From contig CAYGFH010000001.1 of the NCBI GenBank assembly GCA_964349125.1, forward strand, positions 389,408 to 453,407: a stretch of 64,000 nt of DNA. Reading direction: 5' to 3'. Under the pieces are notes generated by a model that saw only the letters and a list, made by a program, of their open reading frames with translations, did no database searches and was not told the origin of the DNA. The DNA comes from an uncultured Gammaproteobacteria bacterium. GTDB lineage: Bacteria; Patescibacteriota; Microgenomatia; UBA10105; UBA927. This document shows, in pieces, positions 17,648 to 26,010 of the stretch (position 1 is its first letter; each line of letters starts with the position of its first letter). Position numbers and translations under genes: made by a program.

Positions 17648-18229
17648 TTATGAGGAGTGTTTGAGACTTGTGCGTGTGCGCCCCAGTATGAAATAGAGCA
17701 TGACGATATTTATGACCGCTATGTAGACTGGGTAAATGTATTCTCCAAACGTCCACTTCTCTATCGCCATCATGTTAAATACGATCGCTAGAAGCCCGAT
17801 GCCATAAAACGTCCATACCTCTGTTTCCGGATATCTATATGTTTTGATAAGTGCGGGTACACATCCTGCAAAATCAGCGGCTATAGAGAAACAAAGACCC
17901 AGCAATGGATTATTGGTAAGCTTCCACATAACGATTCCAAGAACCGCAATTGCCAGGCATACCAGATCCGATTTCTCCCACCCACCCATGCCATATTTGA
18001 TACTGAGGGCAAATAACACAAGTGAACAGATGGTATAAATACCGGATAAATATATAGCCGTTGTATTCCCCTGCGCGTACAGTGTCGCAACCGTCAGGAG
18101 CTCTATGAGGAGTACCACGAACCGTGTGGTCCGATGCGGCTTCGCCTCCCCTTTCAGTATGGCAATGCAATACACGATATTTGCGTAGATAACGATGAGG
18201 ACACTAATGGCAATGAGAATTGCGTGCAT
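17648..18229 (-). CDS. Integral membrane protein, about 7 TM, unknown function
   Basis: Hydrophobic helices throughout and no recognisable catalytic motif. The start is chosen at MHAILIAI; the ORF track begins at 18283. Confidence 0.4.
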   Translation of the reverse strand: MHAILIAISVLIVIYANIVYCIAILKGEAKPHRTTRFVVLLIELLTVATLYAQGNTTAIYLSGIYTICSLVLFALSIKYGMGGWEKSDLVCLAIAVLGIVMWKLTNNPLLGLCFSIAADFAGCVPALIKTYRYPETEVWTFYGIGLLAIVFNMMAIEKWTFGEYIYPVYIAVINIVMLYFILGRTRTSLKHSS

Positions 18230-18268
18230 GGGGACAGTATAGCAAAAAAAATCAAAGCTACTACTACG

Positions 18269-19210
18269 ATGTATAATATTCACATGAAAATATATTTAAT
18301 AGCAGATACAAGAACATATGACACGGTTAAATTAAAACTTAACCCTAGCTTTAATGGTATTATTTTACGTTGTGAAGAAAGCGATATTTACCAAAACACG
18401 CATCTGTTTACAGATTCTGAAGAGAAAATCTTAGCAATAGAACCCACCATAATAAATTGGTTGCTTCCCTCAGATGCAATTCCAAAAATCCCAAATCTTC
18501 GAGGTATTTGCACTTCTTCAGCGTGGGCGAGATACATTGATTTTGATCAGTGCATGAAGCATTCCATTTCAATAACAAAAACTGTTGGGGCAAATTCTCA
18601 ATCGGTTGCTGAATATGGTATATGGATGATGTTCTGTCTTGCTAGGCGACTTCCTATGCAACTAGCCAGCACACAAGAAACCAATTTCCACACCGAATTA
18701 TATGGAAAAACACTTGGTATTATTGGATTGGGAAATATCGGAACAAAAATTGCGGAAATTGGTCATGGGATAGGTATGCGAGTTCAGTACTGGAATCGCT
18801 CACAAAAAATATCTCCATATACATCAATGGAGCTTGAACAATTAATTCAAACAAGTGATGTCATCATAAATAGCTTAGAGATTTGCGAGGATACTCAAGG
18901 GTTACTTGGAAAATCACTTTTATCAAAAATGAAACAAACTGCATTTTTTGTCAGTGTATTGGGTGGAATGGGTTGGGGTGTTCAAGACGACCAGTTATTA
19001 TTAGACATGGTTCATTCAAATTTAATTGCAGGATTTGCAGTTGAAAATGAACATAAAGGATCTTGGAGCAAATCTTACTCAGGAAATATTTTTATACCAA
19101 ATGCGAGAGCCCACCATACCGAAGAAGCTGAGGATCGAGTTATTGATCAGTGGGTAGAAGGAATCATTTCTGTGATAACGAATAAGAAATCGATATACAA
19201 AATTATATAA
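18269..19210 (+). CDS. D-isomer-specific 2-hydroxyacid dehydrogenase family protein (NAD-binding)
   Basis: GKTLGIIGLGNIGTKIAEIGHGIGMRV is a Rossmann GxGxxG motif in the 2-HADH context, and there is a C-terminal catalytic His region (ARAHHTEEAEDR). The ORF-track start at 18134 overlaps the convergent membrane gene, so an internal ATG at 18269 or 18284 is more likely. Confidence 0.6.
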   Translation: MYNIHMKIYLIADTRTYDTVKLKLNPSFNGIILRCEESDIYQNTHLFTDSEEKILAIEPTIINWLLPSDAIPKIPNLRGICTSSAWARYIDFDQCMKHSISITKTVGANSQSVAEYGIWMMFCLARRLPMQLASTQETNFHTELYGKTLGIIGLGNIGTKIAEIGHGIGMRVQYWNRSQKISPYTSMELEQLIQTSDVIINSLEICEDTQGLLGKSLLSKMKQTAFFVSVLGGMGWGVQDDQLLLDMVHSNLIAGFAVENEHKGSWSKSYSGNIFIPNARAHHTEEAEDRVIDQWVEGIISVITNKKSIYKII

Positions 19211-19233
19211 AATGAAACGTTTGTTCGGTAGTT

Positions 19234-19482
19234 ATGGAAATACTTCTTTCAAATACGTTTGGATATATTCTTGCTCATGTGTATGAGAAGGTTGCGATTG
19301 TGGTGTCAAGAAATCGACCACTGATATTATATGGATATAGATTGCACCATAGTTTGTATGGGATACTATTTATAGGTTATGGATATTGGCAGCAGCAGCC
19401 TCTTTTATATGGCATAGCCATGGGGATCATATTGCAGCATACGTTGACTGATGGGTTTCGGTTTATTTCGAAAGAACAATAA
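19234..19482 (+). CDS. Small hydrophobic protein (82 aa), unknown
   Basis: Fills the gap between the dehydrogenase and cupin genes. It has two predicted TM segments. No homology recognised. Confidence 0.3.
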   Translation: MEILLSNTFGYILAHVYEKVAIVVSRNRPLILYGYRLHHSLYGILFIGYGYWQQQPLLYGIAMGIILQHTLTDGFRFISKEQ

Positions 19483-19485
19483 TCT

Positions 19486-19773
19486 ATGTCAGCTACATCA
19501 GTATTTCGAACATTAAAGTCTATTAACTTTTTTGGCGTTGCGTCTATAGATGTGTATGCAATGCTGCCAAAATCTTCAGAACATAAGCATTTCCATACGG
19601 GGTGGGAAATTGTGTACGTCTCCAAAGGGAATTGCAAAACACATAAACAGGGAAAGCTCTATGTCTACCCTCCCAAGAGAGTGCACGAAGTCATAAATGA
19701 TAGCAGTAGTGAAATCACGTTCATCTGCCTAACCATCCCGCCCGAAACAGAAAAGAACACATACTATGTTTGA
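19486..19773 (+). CDS. Small cupin-fold protein
   Basis: H.H...E...V.KG......G....P....HEV.N has the spacing of the cupin_2 motifs. Length is 95 aa. Confidence 0.45.
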   Translation: MSATSVFRTLKSINFFGVASIDVYAMLPKSSEHKHFHTGWEIVYVSKGNCKTHKQGKLYVYPPKRVHEVINDSSSEITFICLTIPPETEKNTYYV

Positions 19774-19777
19774 CGTA

Positions 19778-19855
19778 TTCCACCTCCGAGGTGGAAATAT
19801 ATTTGAGAAAACATGTCGAATTTAGCCTCGTTTTTCACTACCACCTCGGAGGTGG
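19778..19855 (+). promoter_or_regulatory. Two mutually complementary near-palindromic hairpins (TTCCACCTCCGAGGTGGAA and CCACCTCGGAGGTGGAAGG), the second containing the SD of the MFS gene
   Basis: Hairpin 1 (19778-19796) directly follows the cupin stop codon and is followed by an AT-rich tract, so it looks like a terminator. Hairpin 2 (19841-19855) contains GGAGGTGG 9-12 nt upstream of the GTG start at 19865, paired to CCACCTCC, which is an anti-SD-like sequence. The two copies are reverse complements of each other over 17 nt. Confidence 0.4.
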
Positions 19856-19864
19856 AAGGAAATA

Positions 19865-21202
19865 GTGATACTACTCACAGTATATGAGGCCAATTTCCCA
19901 TATACTACACATATGCGTGCACGGATTATCTCCCGTTTCAATACGGAGCTATCACATTTTAACCTACTCTCTGTCGACATGAAGCACATGCTCATGTCAT
20001 ACGGATTTTATCTTGCCGCCTATCCTCTGTTAGCTACATTTATGAACGCCTACCTCTGGCGCTCGAGTGGTAGTCTCTGGAGCATTATTGTCTACAACGT
20101 CGGCTGGATTATCGGGCTACCCTGTGGATTTTATCTGAACGGATTGCTGCTGAAAAAATTTCATATACTCCGGTTGTATTTTGCGGGACTTCTCCTACAG
20201 GCTATTATCCCTATTATGATCGTATTTCTGCCTATGCACGGACTCCCTGCTATTTATCTATACGGACTTATGTATGGGGCGGGAGCAGGATTATTTTGGG
20301 GAAACAAAACCTATCTGGATTTGCAGATCACCCGCGGAGCAAACCGAATTTATTACAACAGTCTCGGAACAATTGTGGACATGATGGCAAATATTTTGGT
20401 ACCGGCTGCAATCGGATGGTTCATCGTGTATGCCAATAGCATATTTTCGTCAGAATCATTTGTTGCGTACAAAATTGTGATGGGTATCGGATTTATCCTT
20501 CTTTTCGTATCGGGATTTATTATGCAGTCATCCCATATAAAAAATATTGTGATCACAAATATGATTGTCAGAAAGCCAACGAGACGTTGGAATATGATCA
20601 GAATGTTTAATCTGGTACATAACATACAGGTTGGCGTCACCTTAGTGCTGGCAAATGTCGTCATACTCGTGCTTGTCGGTGGTGAAGGAGTCCTCGGCAC
20701 TGTGCAAACGATAACCGCAGGGTTCTCATCGCTCATGGTCTACCTTATGGGGAGAAAAGCCACAGCTTCTGTGGCATGGAAATTTGTTGCAGTCGGCTCG
20801 CTTATATTTTTTGTGGGGACAAGCACGCTTGCAGGCATATTTACCTGGGTAGGAGCGCTGGCCTACTCCATGGTTATTACGATTGCGTGGGCAATTCAGT
20901 GGACACCCGCAAATTCCGTCACTATGGATTTGCTCGATGCAGAGGAACATAACCCTGAGAAACAATACGCAAACATCTGCGATAACGAGTTGTTTTATAA
21001 CATCGGTCGTGGCATCGGAATCAGTATTGTCGTTATGCTGCTTACCATTGGCGGAGAAAACACCGCACTGCGATGGAGTCCATTTATCGTGGGTATAGTC
21101 CAACTGCCACTTGGATGGTTTATTTACACAATTGTAAAAAATAAGCGGTTACCAACTCCCACCACCGCCACCTCCACCACCGCCTCCGGAGGAACCGCCT
21201 GA
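19865..21202 (+). CDS. MFS-type transporter (12 TM)
   Basis: 445 aa with hydrophobic helices throughout. The C-terminal PTPTTATSTTASGGTA tail overlaps the convergent gene. Confidence 0.55.
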   Translation: MILLTVYEANFPYTTHMRARIISRFNTELSHFNLLSVDMKHMLMSYGFYLAAYPLLATFMNAYLWRSSGSLWSIIVYNVGWIIGLPCGFYLNGLLLKKFHILRLYFAGLLLQAIIPIMIVFLPMHGLPAIYLYGLMYGAGAGLFWGNKTYLDLQITRGANRIYYNSLGTIVDMMANILVPAAIGWFIVYANSIFSSESFVAYKIVMGIGFILLFVSGFIMQSSHIKNIVITNMIVRKPTRRWNMIRMFNLVHNIQVGVTLVLANVVILVLVGGEGVLGTVQTITAGFSSLMVYLMGRKATASVAWKFVAVGSLIFFVGTSTLAGIFTWVGALAYSMVITIAWAIQWTPANSVTMDLLDAEEHNPEKQYANICDNELFYNIGRGIGISIVVMLLTIGGENTALRWSPFIVGIVQLPLGWFIYTIVKNKRLPTPTTATSTTASGGTA

Positions 21203-22825
21203 AAATCCGGATGAATGACCCGTCGAGGAAGATACTGGCGTTGCTGCCTGTGCGAAACTGGAATTTGATTGTTGGATTGAATTAACCAGAAGAATACTGT
21301 TAAATCTGGCAGATGAGTGCCCCTGATACCAATCAGGTTGCTTCATGGCGATATCGGCAAACTGTTTCGCCCATATTTTTTCGACGCTAAAGGCAACCGC
21401 AAAAGGGAGCAATTTTTCAAACATCATCTGATTTTTTGCCTGGAACGAGAGTTGCCGTTCCTGAGACGTGAGAAACTTTTTAAGTGACTGTGCAACGGCA
21501 GCAGTCTCGGCTCCGTACAGCGTTTTCTTAGGCATTTGAAGTCCAAAGAGTAAAGAAGAGAGGAGCAGCTGAAAATTACCAGTAAAAAATGCCAATCCAG
21601 CCAGCACGCCGTATTTCACCCGAATTGTTTGCGGATTTTTTTCAAAGAATCCTTCGGTGACGACAGCATCATATAAATCATTTTTCACATTCTCCACCAG
21701 TGTCGATAATTTTGCACTCTTGAGATTCACCGTGTCACCTGATGCAAACAGTCCATCATAGAGTGCCTGCTCAAATGGGAGCAGCTTATCACCTTTTTGT
21801 ACGTGAGAATTTTTTATCAGACTGAATGTACCTTTTTGAGACTCTGCTATCTTCATATAGCCCCGTTGAGCTAAATGGATTATGGTAGCTGTCACATCCT
21901 GCATATCCGCGCGTTCATCCGTCAGTGTTCCAGTCTCACCGGGAGTGAGAGTGGCGCCACCTTTCGTTTTCGGCGGGGAAAACCATGCACTCGCGGTCCC
22001 TATCATTGGCTTTGGATCCCGACCATGTCTCCACCACTGTATCGGGATAGAAATCGGCAGGTATATATACCAAAAAATACCAATGATTATAAAAAGGAAA
22101 ATCAGTATTTTCCCGGCAACAGTATCCCAAAAAGATACATATTCTCTCGGTTCCAAAACAGGGACTATATTTTTTGGAAACCCTATGACAACGGTTAATC
22201 CTTCATTTGCATCAAGGGGACGGCTGGTTGTGATTTTTGCAATTCCCTTTGCGTATGAGTGTGTGCATGCAATTTCAGTACTGCCAGCCGCACCGGTGTA
22301 ACAGGCAAGCTGTATTTCGGAGGGGTCAATTGTTTTAGGGAGCGATACAGTCGCACTGGCTTTTTGGATCGGATATCCCCATCCGTTTCCAGTTATATTC
22401 CAATACAATTCATCATGGTCAGAAAAATATGTCAACGCTCCGGACGCCGTATAGGAAATTACATACGTATGTTTTCCGGATATCGTCTTGTCTGCATCCC
22501 CTATTTTTATGTTTTTTACCTCATCGGAAGTTTCAACTGTGTATGTATACGGCGCAGACTGTTCATCCACAACATTGAAAGACCCGAGATCCATCAAGAA
22601 TTTCTTACCTTCTTTATTTTTTGTTGTGTACGGTATAGTGCGGTATATACCGTGCCGGAATGATGTTCCAAAGTCATACTGAATCAGTTCTTTCACGAGC
22701 ACTGTGCCGTCCGATTGGATATCCAGCGAAGACTGAAAGTCGGAAATTTCTTCGGCGTGGACTGATGGGGTAATAAGTGAAGCAAGTGCAATACAAATAC
22801 AGATAAATACAGTTCGCAGTTTCAT
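21149..22825 (-). CDS. DUF2207-like secreted/membrane protein with poly-Gly C-terminus
   Basis: Signal peptide, a large extracytoplasmic domain, two TM helices and a C-terminal GFSGGSSGGGGGGGGGGSW tail, which is characteristic of DUF2207-family proteins. Confidence 0.5.
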   Translation of the reverse strand: MKLRTVFICICIALASLITPSVHAEEISDFQSSLDIQSDGTVLVKELIQYDFGTSFRHGIYRTIPYTTKNKEGKKFLMDLGSFNVVDEQSAPYTYTVETSDEVKNIKIGDADKTISGKHTYVISYTASGALTYFSDHDELYWNITGNGWGYPIQKASATVSLPKTIDPSEIQLACYTGAAGSTEIACTHSYAKGIAKITTSRPLDANEGLTVVIGFPKNIVPVLEPREYVSFWDTVAGKILIFLFIIIGIFWYIYLPISIPIQWWRHGRDPKPMIGTASAWFSPPKTKGGATLTPGETGTLTDERADMQDVTATIIHLAQRGYMKIAESQKGTFSLIKNSHVQKGDKLLPFEQALYDGLFASGDTVNLKSAKLSTLVENVKNDLYDAVVTEGFFEKNPQTIRVKYGVLAGLAFFTGNFQLLLSSLLFGLQMPKKTLYGAETAAVAQSLKKFLTSQERQLSFQAKNQMMFEKLLPFAVAFSVEKIWAKQFADIAMKQPDWYQGHSSARFNSILLVNSIQQSNSSFAQAATPVSSSTGHSSGFSGGSSGGGGGGGGGGSW

Positions 22826-22832
22826 GCACCTA

Positions 22833-23819
22833 TTATCGGAGATATTTCGCTATGTTCGCGTTGTGATCTTCCAATGTTTTCCCAAAATGGACCCCGCCTG
22901 TCTGGTCATGCAAATAATAAAAATACTCCGACGGTTTTGCATAAATCACAGCGGATATGGATTCTATCCCAGGATTTGAAATAGGTTTTGGCGGTAATCC
23001 GGGGTTTGCATAGGTGTTAAATGGGGACTTTAATTTTTTGTCTTCATCATACAATGATTTTTTCCACCAGGATTTTTCGGCACTCTGATAGCCCAACACG
23101 TATTGAAGCGTAGCATCAACCTGCAACGGCCAGTCCTCTTTCAACCGATTGAGTAACACGCCGGCAATTACAGGGCGGTCACTGGCAGTCTTGCCTTCCC
23201 GCTCAACTAAAGACGCGAGTATGATAACTTCTTCAAAGGTAAGCCCTGTTTTTTTTGCATCTTCTCTCATTTTAGGAGTGACTTTTTTATCAAAGTTATC
23301 CATGAAAATTTTTACAATAGCCGCAGCGCTGGCATCCCTAGGCACTAAATAGGTGTCAGGAAACATATAGCCTTCTTTGGCATATTTCAGAAATTCCTGT
23401 TCGGGTATATCCAAATCTTTGGCAACTTTCGCAGCGACCTCCTCTACTCTCCACCCTTCTAATGTTGTCAGCCACTGATCACTCATACCGTGCGTTAATT
23501 CAAGTGCAACGGTTTTCGCATCCATAGCCCGGGTGAGACGAAACTCTCCAGCCTGCAACTGGCGCTCAATACCCAGCAGTTTTACGAGAAGATAAAAACC
23601 CGTGGGACTTCGTATAATTTTTTGTGTCGCGAGATTTGAAGCAATAATTTTTACACCATCTCCGCTTTCAACCGTGAATTGGACCGGATTTGTATCTGTG
23701 GGATCCTGTGCACTTATACTATCCTGCCACCAAAACCACCCTCCCCACGCAGTGATCACAAGCACGACAAACAATACTACCAATCTCGATATAAACGAAT
23801 ATGTTTTATTTTGCTTCAT
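22833..23819 (-). CDS. mltG: Endolytic murein transglycosylase MltG (YceG family)
   Basis: Contains LASLVEREGKTASDRPVIAGVLLNRLKEDWPLQVDATLQYVLG and NTYANPGLPPKPISNPG. It has an N-terminal TM anchor. The start is chosen at MKQNKTYSF. Confidence 0.8.
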   Translation of the reverse strand: MKQNKTYSFISRLVVLFVVLVITAWGGWFWWQDSISAQDPTDTNPVQFTVESGDGVKIIASNLATQKIIRSPTGFYLLVKLLGIERQLQAGEFRLTRAMDAKTVALELTHGMSDQWLTTLEGWRVEEVAAKVAKDLDIPEQEFLKYAKEGYMFPDTYLVPRDASAAAIVKIFMDNFDKKVTPKMREDAKKTGLTFEEVIILASLVEREGKTASDRPVIAGVLLNRLKEDWPLQVDATLQYVLGYQSAEKSWWKKSLYDEDKKLKSPFNTYANPGLPPKPISNPGIESISAVIYAKPSEYFYYLHDQTGGVHFGKTLEDHNANIAKYLR

Positions 23820-23997
23820 TGAATGTCGCCCTTCTAAATTTATTTGACTGCGGATCGTACACATATATGCGCCCGCATCCGCAGGTCACTCGCACTGTGC
23901 CGATATCTTTAGGGGCCGGGAGCAGTTTCCCACACCCTACACACTTCCCCTGTGAAAGAAGCCATGCCTGCATCGGCGCGATCACATTTTTAAACAT
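23806..23997 (-). CDS. Small zinc-ribbon protein (63 aa)
   Basis: CVGCG...CGCG gives two Cys pairs. It fills the 180-bp gap between mltG and the phosphorylase gene. Confidence 0.35.
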   Translation of the reverse strand: MFKNVIAPMQAWLLSQGKCVGCGKLLPAPKDIGTVRVTCGCGRIYVYDPQSNKFRRATFNEAK

Positions 23998-23999
23998 GA

Positions 24000-25259
24000 T
24001 TATCCTATCGTATAGACCTGTACGTGCTTAAGCGTCTCTACTGCCTCTTTTAATCTCCATTCGTTTGAACTATACAACGTATATAGTATATCATTTTTGT
24101 CCACTTGCTCGTCCATTTTTCGATTCAGATACATTCCTGCTTTTTTATCATGTGGGCAACCTAAAATCCTACAGATCGTTGTGATCTGATGATTCTCTAT
24201 TGCCTGCACTGTTCCCCGACGATGTGACGGCATCTCGTACACGTACTTTGCATCATGTATTTTTGTTGATGACACGTCGGGATTGCCGCCCTGTGCTTTT
24301 ACGATTTCCCGTAATTTTGTGAGGGCTTTTCCACTCGTAAGTATGCTTCTGGCTAACACTTCGCCAGAAACAGATGCTTTCTTTGAATCTTTCAGGCACA
24401 AATCCAGCAGCTCTCCGGCCAACCGGACGGCTTTATCCTCAAGTGCAATTGAACGGTTTGGATGCTGCTCCAACACCTCCAAAATATCTTTTACCTCCAA
24501 AGCCGGACCGATACCGCGCCCTGCATTTTGTCGTATAGCGTTTATATCCACATGTACTTTAATACCAAATCTGTCAGCCAGCAATTTAAATTTCCGCTTT
24601 ATGATTTCCGCATCCTTCTCATGCTGGACTTTCATTGTTTTCCCCACTGGGACATCCAAAACCAAATGAGTGGACCCTGATGCGATTTTTTTAGCCATTA
24701 TTGAGACTATGATCTTATCAAATGATTCGTACGCAAGAGGATGTTCTACCTGAATAATGATGTCATCAGCAGGCGCCAAACCCACGTGACCACCCCATAC
24801 CACACATCCGCCAACCTTATCCACTAATCGTTCTATTTGCCTTGGAACAAATGTAACTGGTGAAAGCACTTCCATGGTATCAGCAGTACCCGCTGGAGAG
24901 GTAATTGCGCGGGATGAAGTTTTGGGAATTTGATACCCTGCCGCAGCAATGATTGGGACAACTATAATGGATGTGCGCGTTCCCGCAACCCCTCCGACTG
25001 AGTGTTTATCCGCCACGATTCCGTGAAAATGAAGGACCGGGCCGGTTTCTACCATGGCTTTTGTCAAAAAATACAGTTCTTCATCAGAAAACCCTTCTGT
25101 AAACCCGGCTGCAGCGAAATAGGTCGTTAGTATTGGTCCTAAGCGGTTGGATGAAATTTCATCCATAATGGTGAATATTTCATGATATGACAACGCCTTA
25201 CCGGTTAATTTTTTTTTGATAGCGTCAATGGCAGCTTGTTGGTGAGTGGTTTGCATCAC
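24000..25259 (-). CDS. Pyrimidine-nucleoside (thymidine/AMP) phosphorylase family protein
   Basis: DKHSVGGVAG phosphate-binding motif and SSRAITSPAGTADTME; 419 aa. I cannot assign thymidine versus AMP phosphorylase from the sequence alone. Confidence 0.8.
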   Translation of the reverse strand: MMQTTHQQAAIDAIKKKLTGKALSYHEIFTIMDEISSNRLGPILTTYFAAAGFTEGFSDEELYFLTKAMVETGPVLHFHGIVADKHSVGGVAGTRTSIIVVPIIAAAGYQIPKTSSRAITSPAGTADTMEVLSPVTFVPRQIERLVDKVGGCVVWGGHVGLAPADDIIIQVEHPLAYESFDKIIVSIMAKKIASGSTHLVLDVPVGKTMKVQHEKDAEIIKRKFKLLADRFGIKVHVDINAIRQNAGRGIGPALEVKDILEVLEQHPNRSIALEDKAVRLAGELLDLCLKDSKKASVSGEVLARSILTSGKALTKLREIVKAQGGNPDVSSTKIHDAKYVYEMPSHRRGTVQAIENHQITTICRILGCPHDKKAGMYLNRKMDEQVDKNDILYTLYSSNEWRLKEAVETLKHVQVYTIG

Positions 25260-26005
25260 AGAGTATTCAGCTTAGCATGAACATTCAATCGCTTCCAGTA
25301 GGTGCCGGGCGGAACACAGGTCACAAGGGTCAAATAGCTGTTATCAAAACGCTGTTCCAACACGCTTAAATCAGTCGGATCAATCACGACCATGCTATAA
25401 ATTGTGTATCTGTACTCGACTCCATCAAAATTCACGAATATATCATCACCCTCCTTGAGTGTAGGTAACAAAGAAAATATACTTTTATAATTTGTAGGCG
25501 AATAAAACTGCGGAAGCATCGAATGCCCAAAGACAACAGCTCCACCATACTGTCCTGGTAATCCGGTACCGCCATAGTGTATCAGACTCGAATTCAGATC
25601 ATCTCCGCCGATAGACACAAGCGCTCCTGCTATTTTTAATTTTGGTATTGAAAGTGTGTATGTATTTACTGATGATTTTTCGTGTTTCTGGGGTGCCGCC
25701 GGATACCAGACATTCACATCGGTAAAATCAGTGGAGGCATCCTGTACCATTTTTTCCGGTCCGGCTGCAGCATAGGCCACAGGAGAGAGTGGTGAGTTCG
25801 CGACAATTTTTGCAGTATCATCAATCGGAGTGATTGTTGCAGATAGCACCTGCTCGGATATGGCACTAAATGACAGTATTGGCCACACCACCCACAGCAG
25901 GATACCCACACCCACGCTCATAATAAAGAGCGAGAGGGCAAACGGCTTTTTAGGCCGGACACGCGGGCGAATTGGTGCTGCTTTTACGTACCGATACAGA
26001 GGCAT
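25256..26005 (-). CDS. Sortase-family transpeptidase
   Basis: N-terminal TM anchor, VVFGHSM (His), LTLVTCVPPGTYWKRL (the TLxTC Cys motif plus Arg). Confidence 0.65.
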   Translation of the reverse strand: MPLYRYVKAAPIRPRVRPKKPFALSLFIMSVGVGILLWVVWPILSFSAISEQVLSATITPIDDTAKIVANSPLSPVAYAAAGPEKMVQDASTDFTDVNVWYPAAPQKHEKSSVNTYTLSIPKLKIAGALVSIGGDDLNSSLIHYGGTGLPGQYGGAVVFGHSMLPQFYSPTNYKSIFSLLPTLKEGDDIFVNFDGVEYRYTIYSMVVIDPTDLSVLEQRFDNSYLTLVTCVPPGTYWKRLNVHAKLNTL

Positions 26006-26010
26006 AAGGA

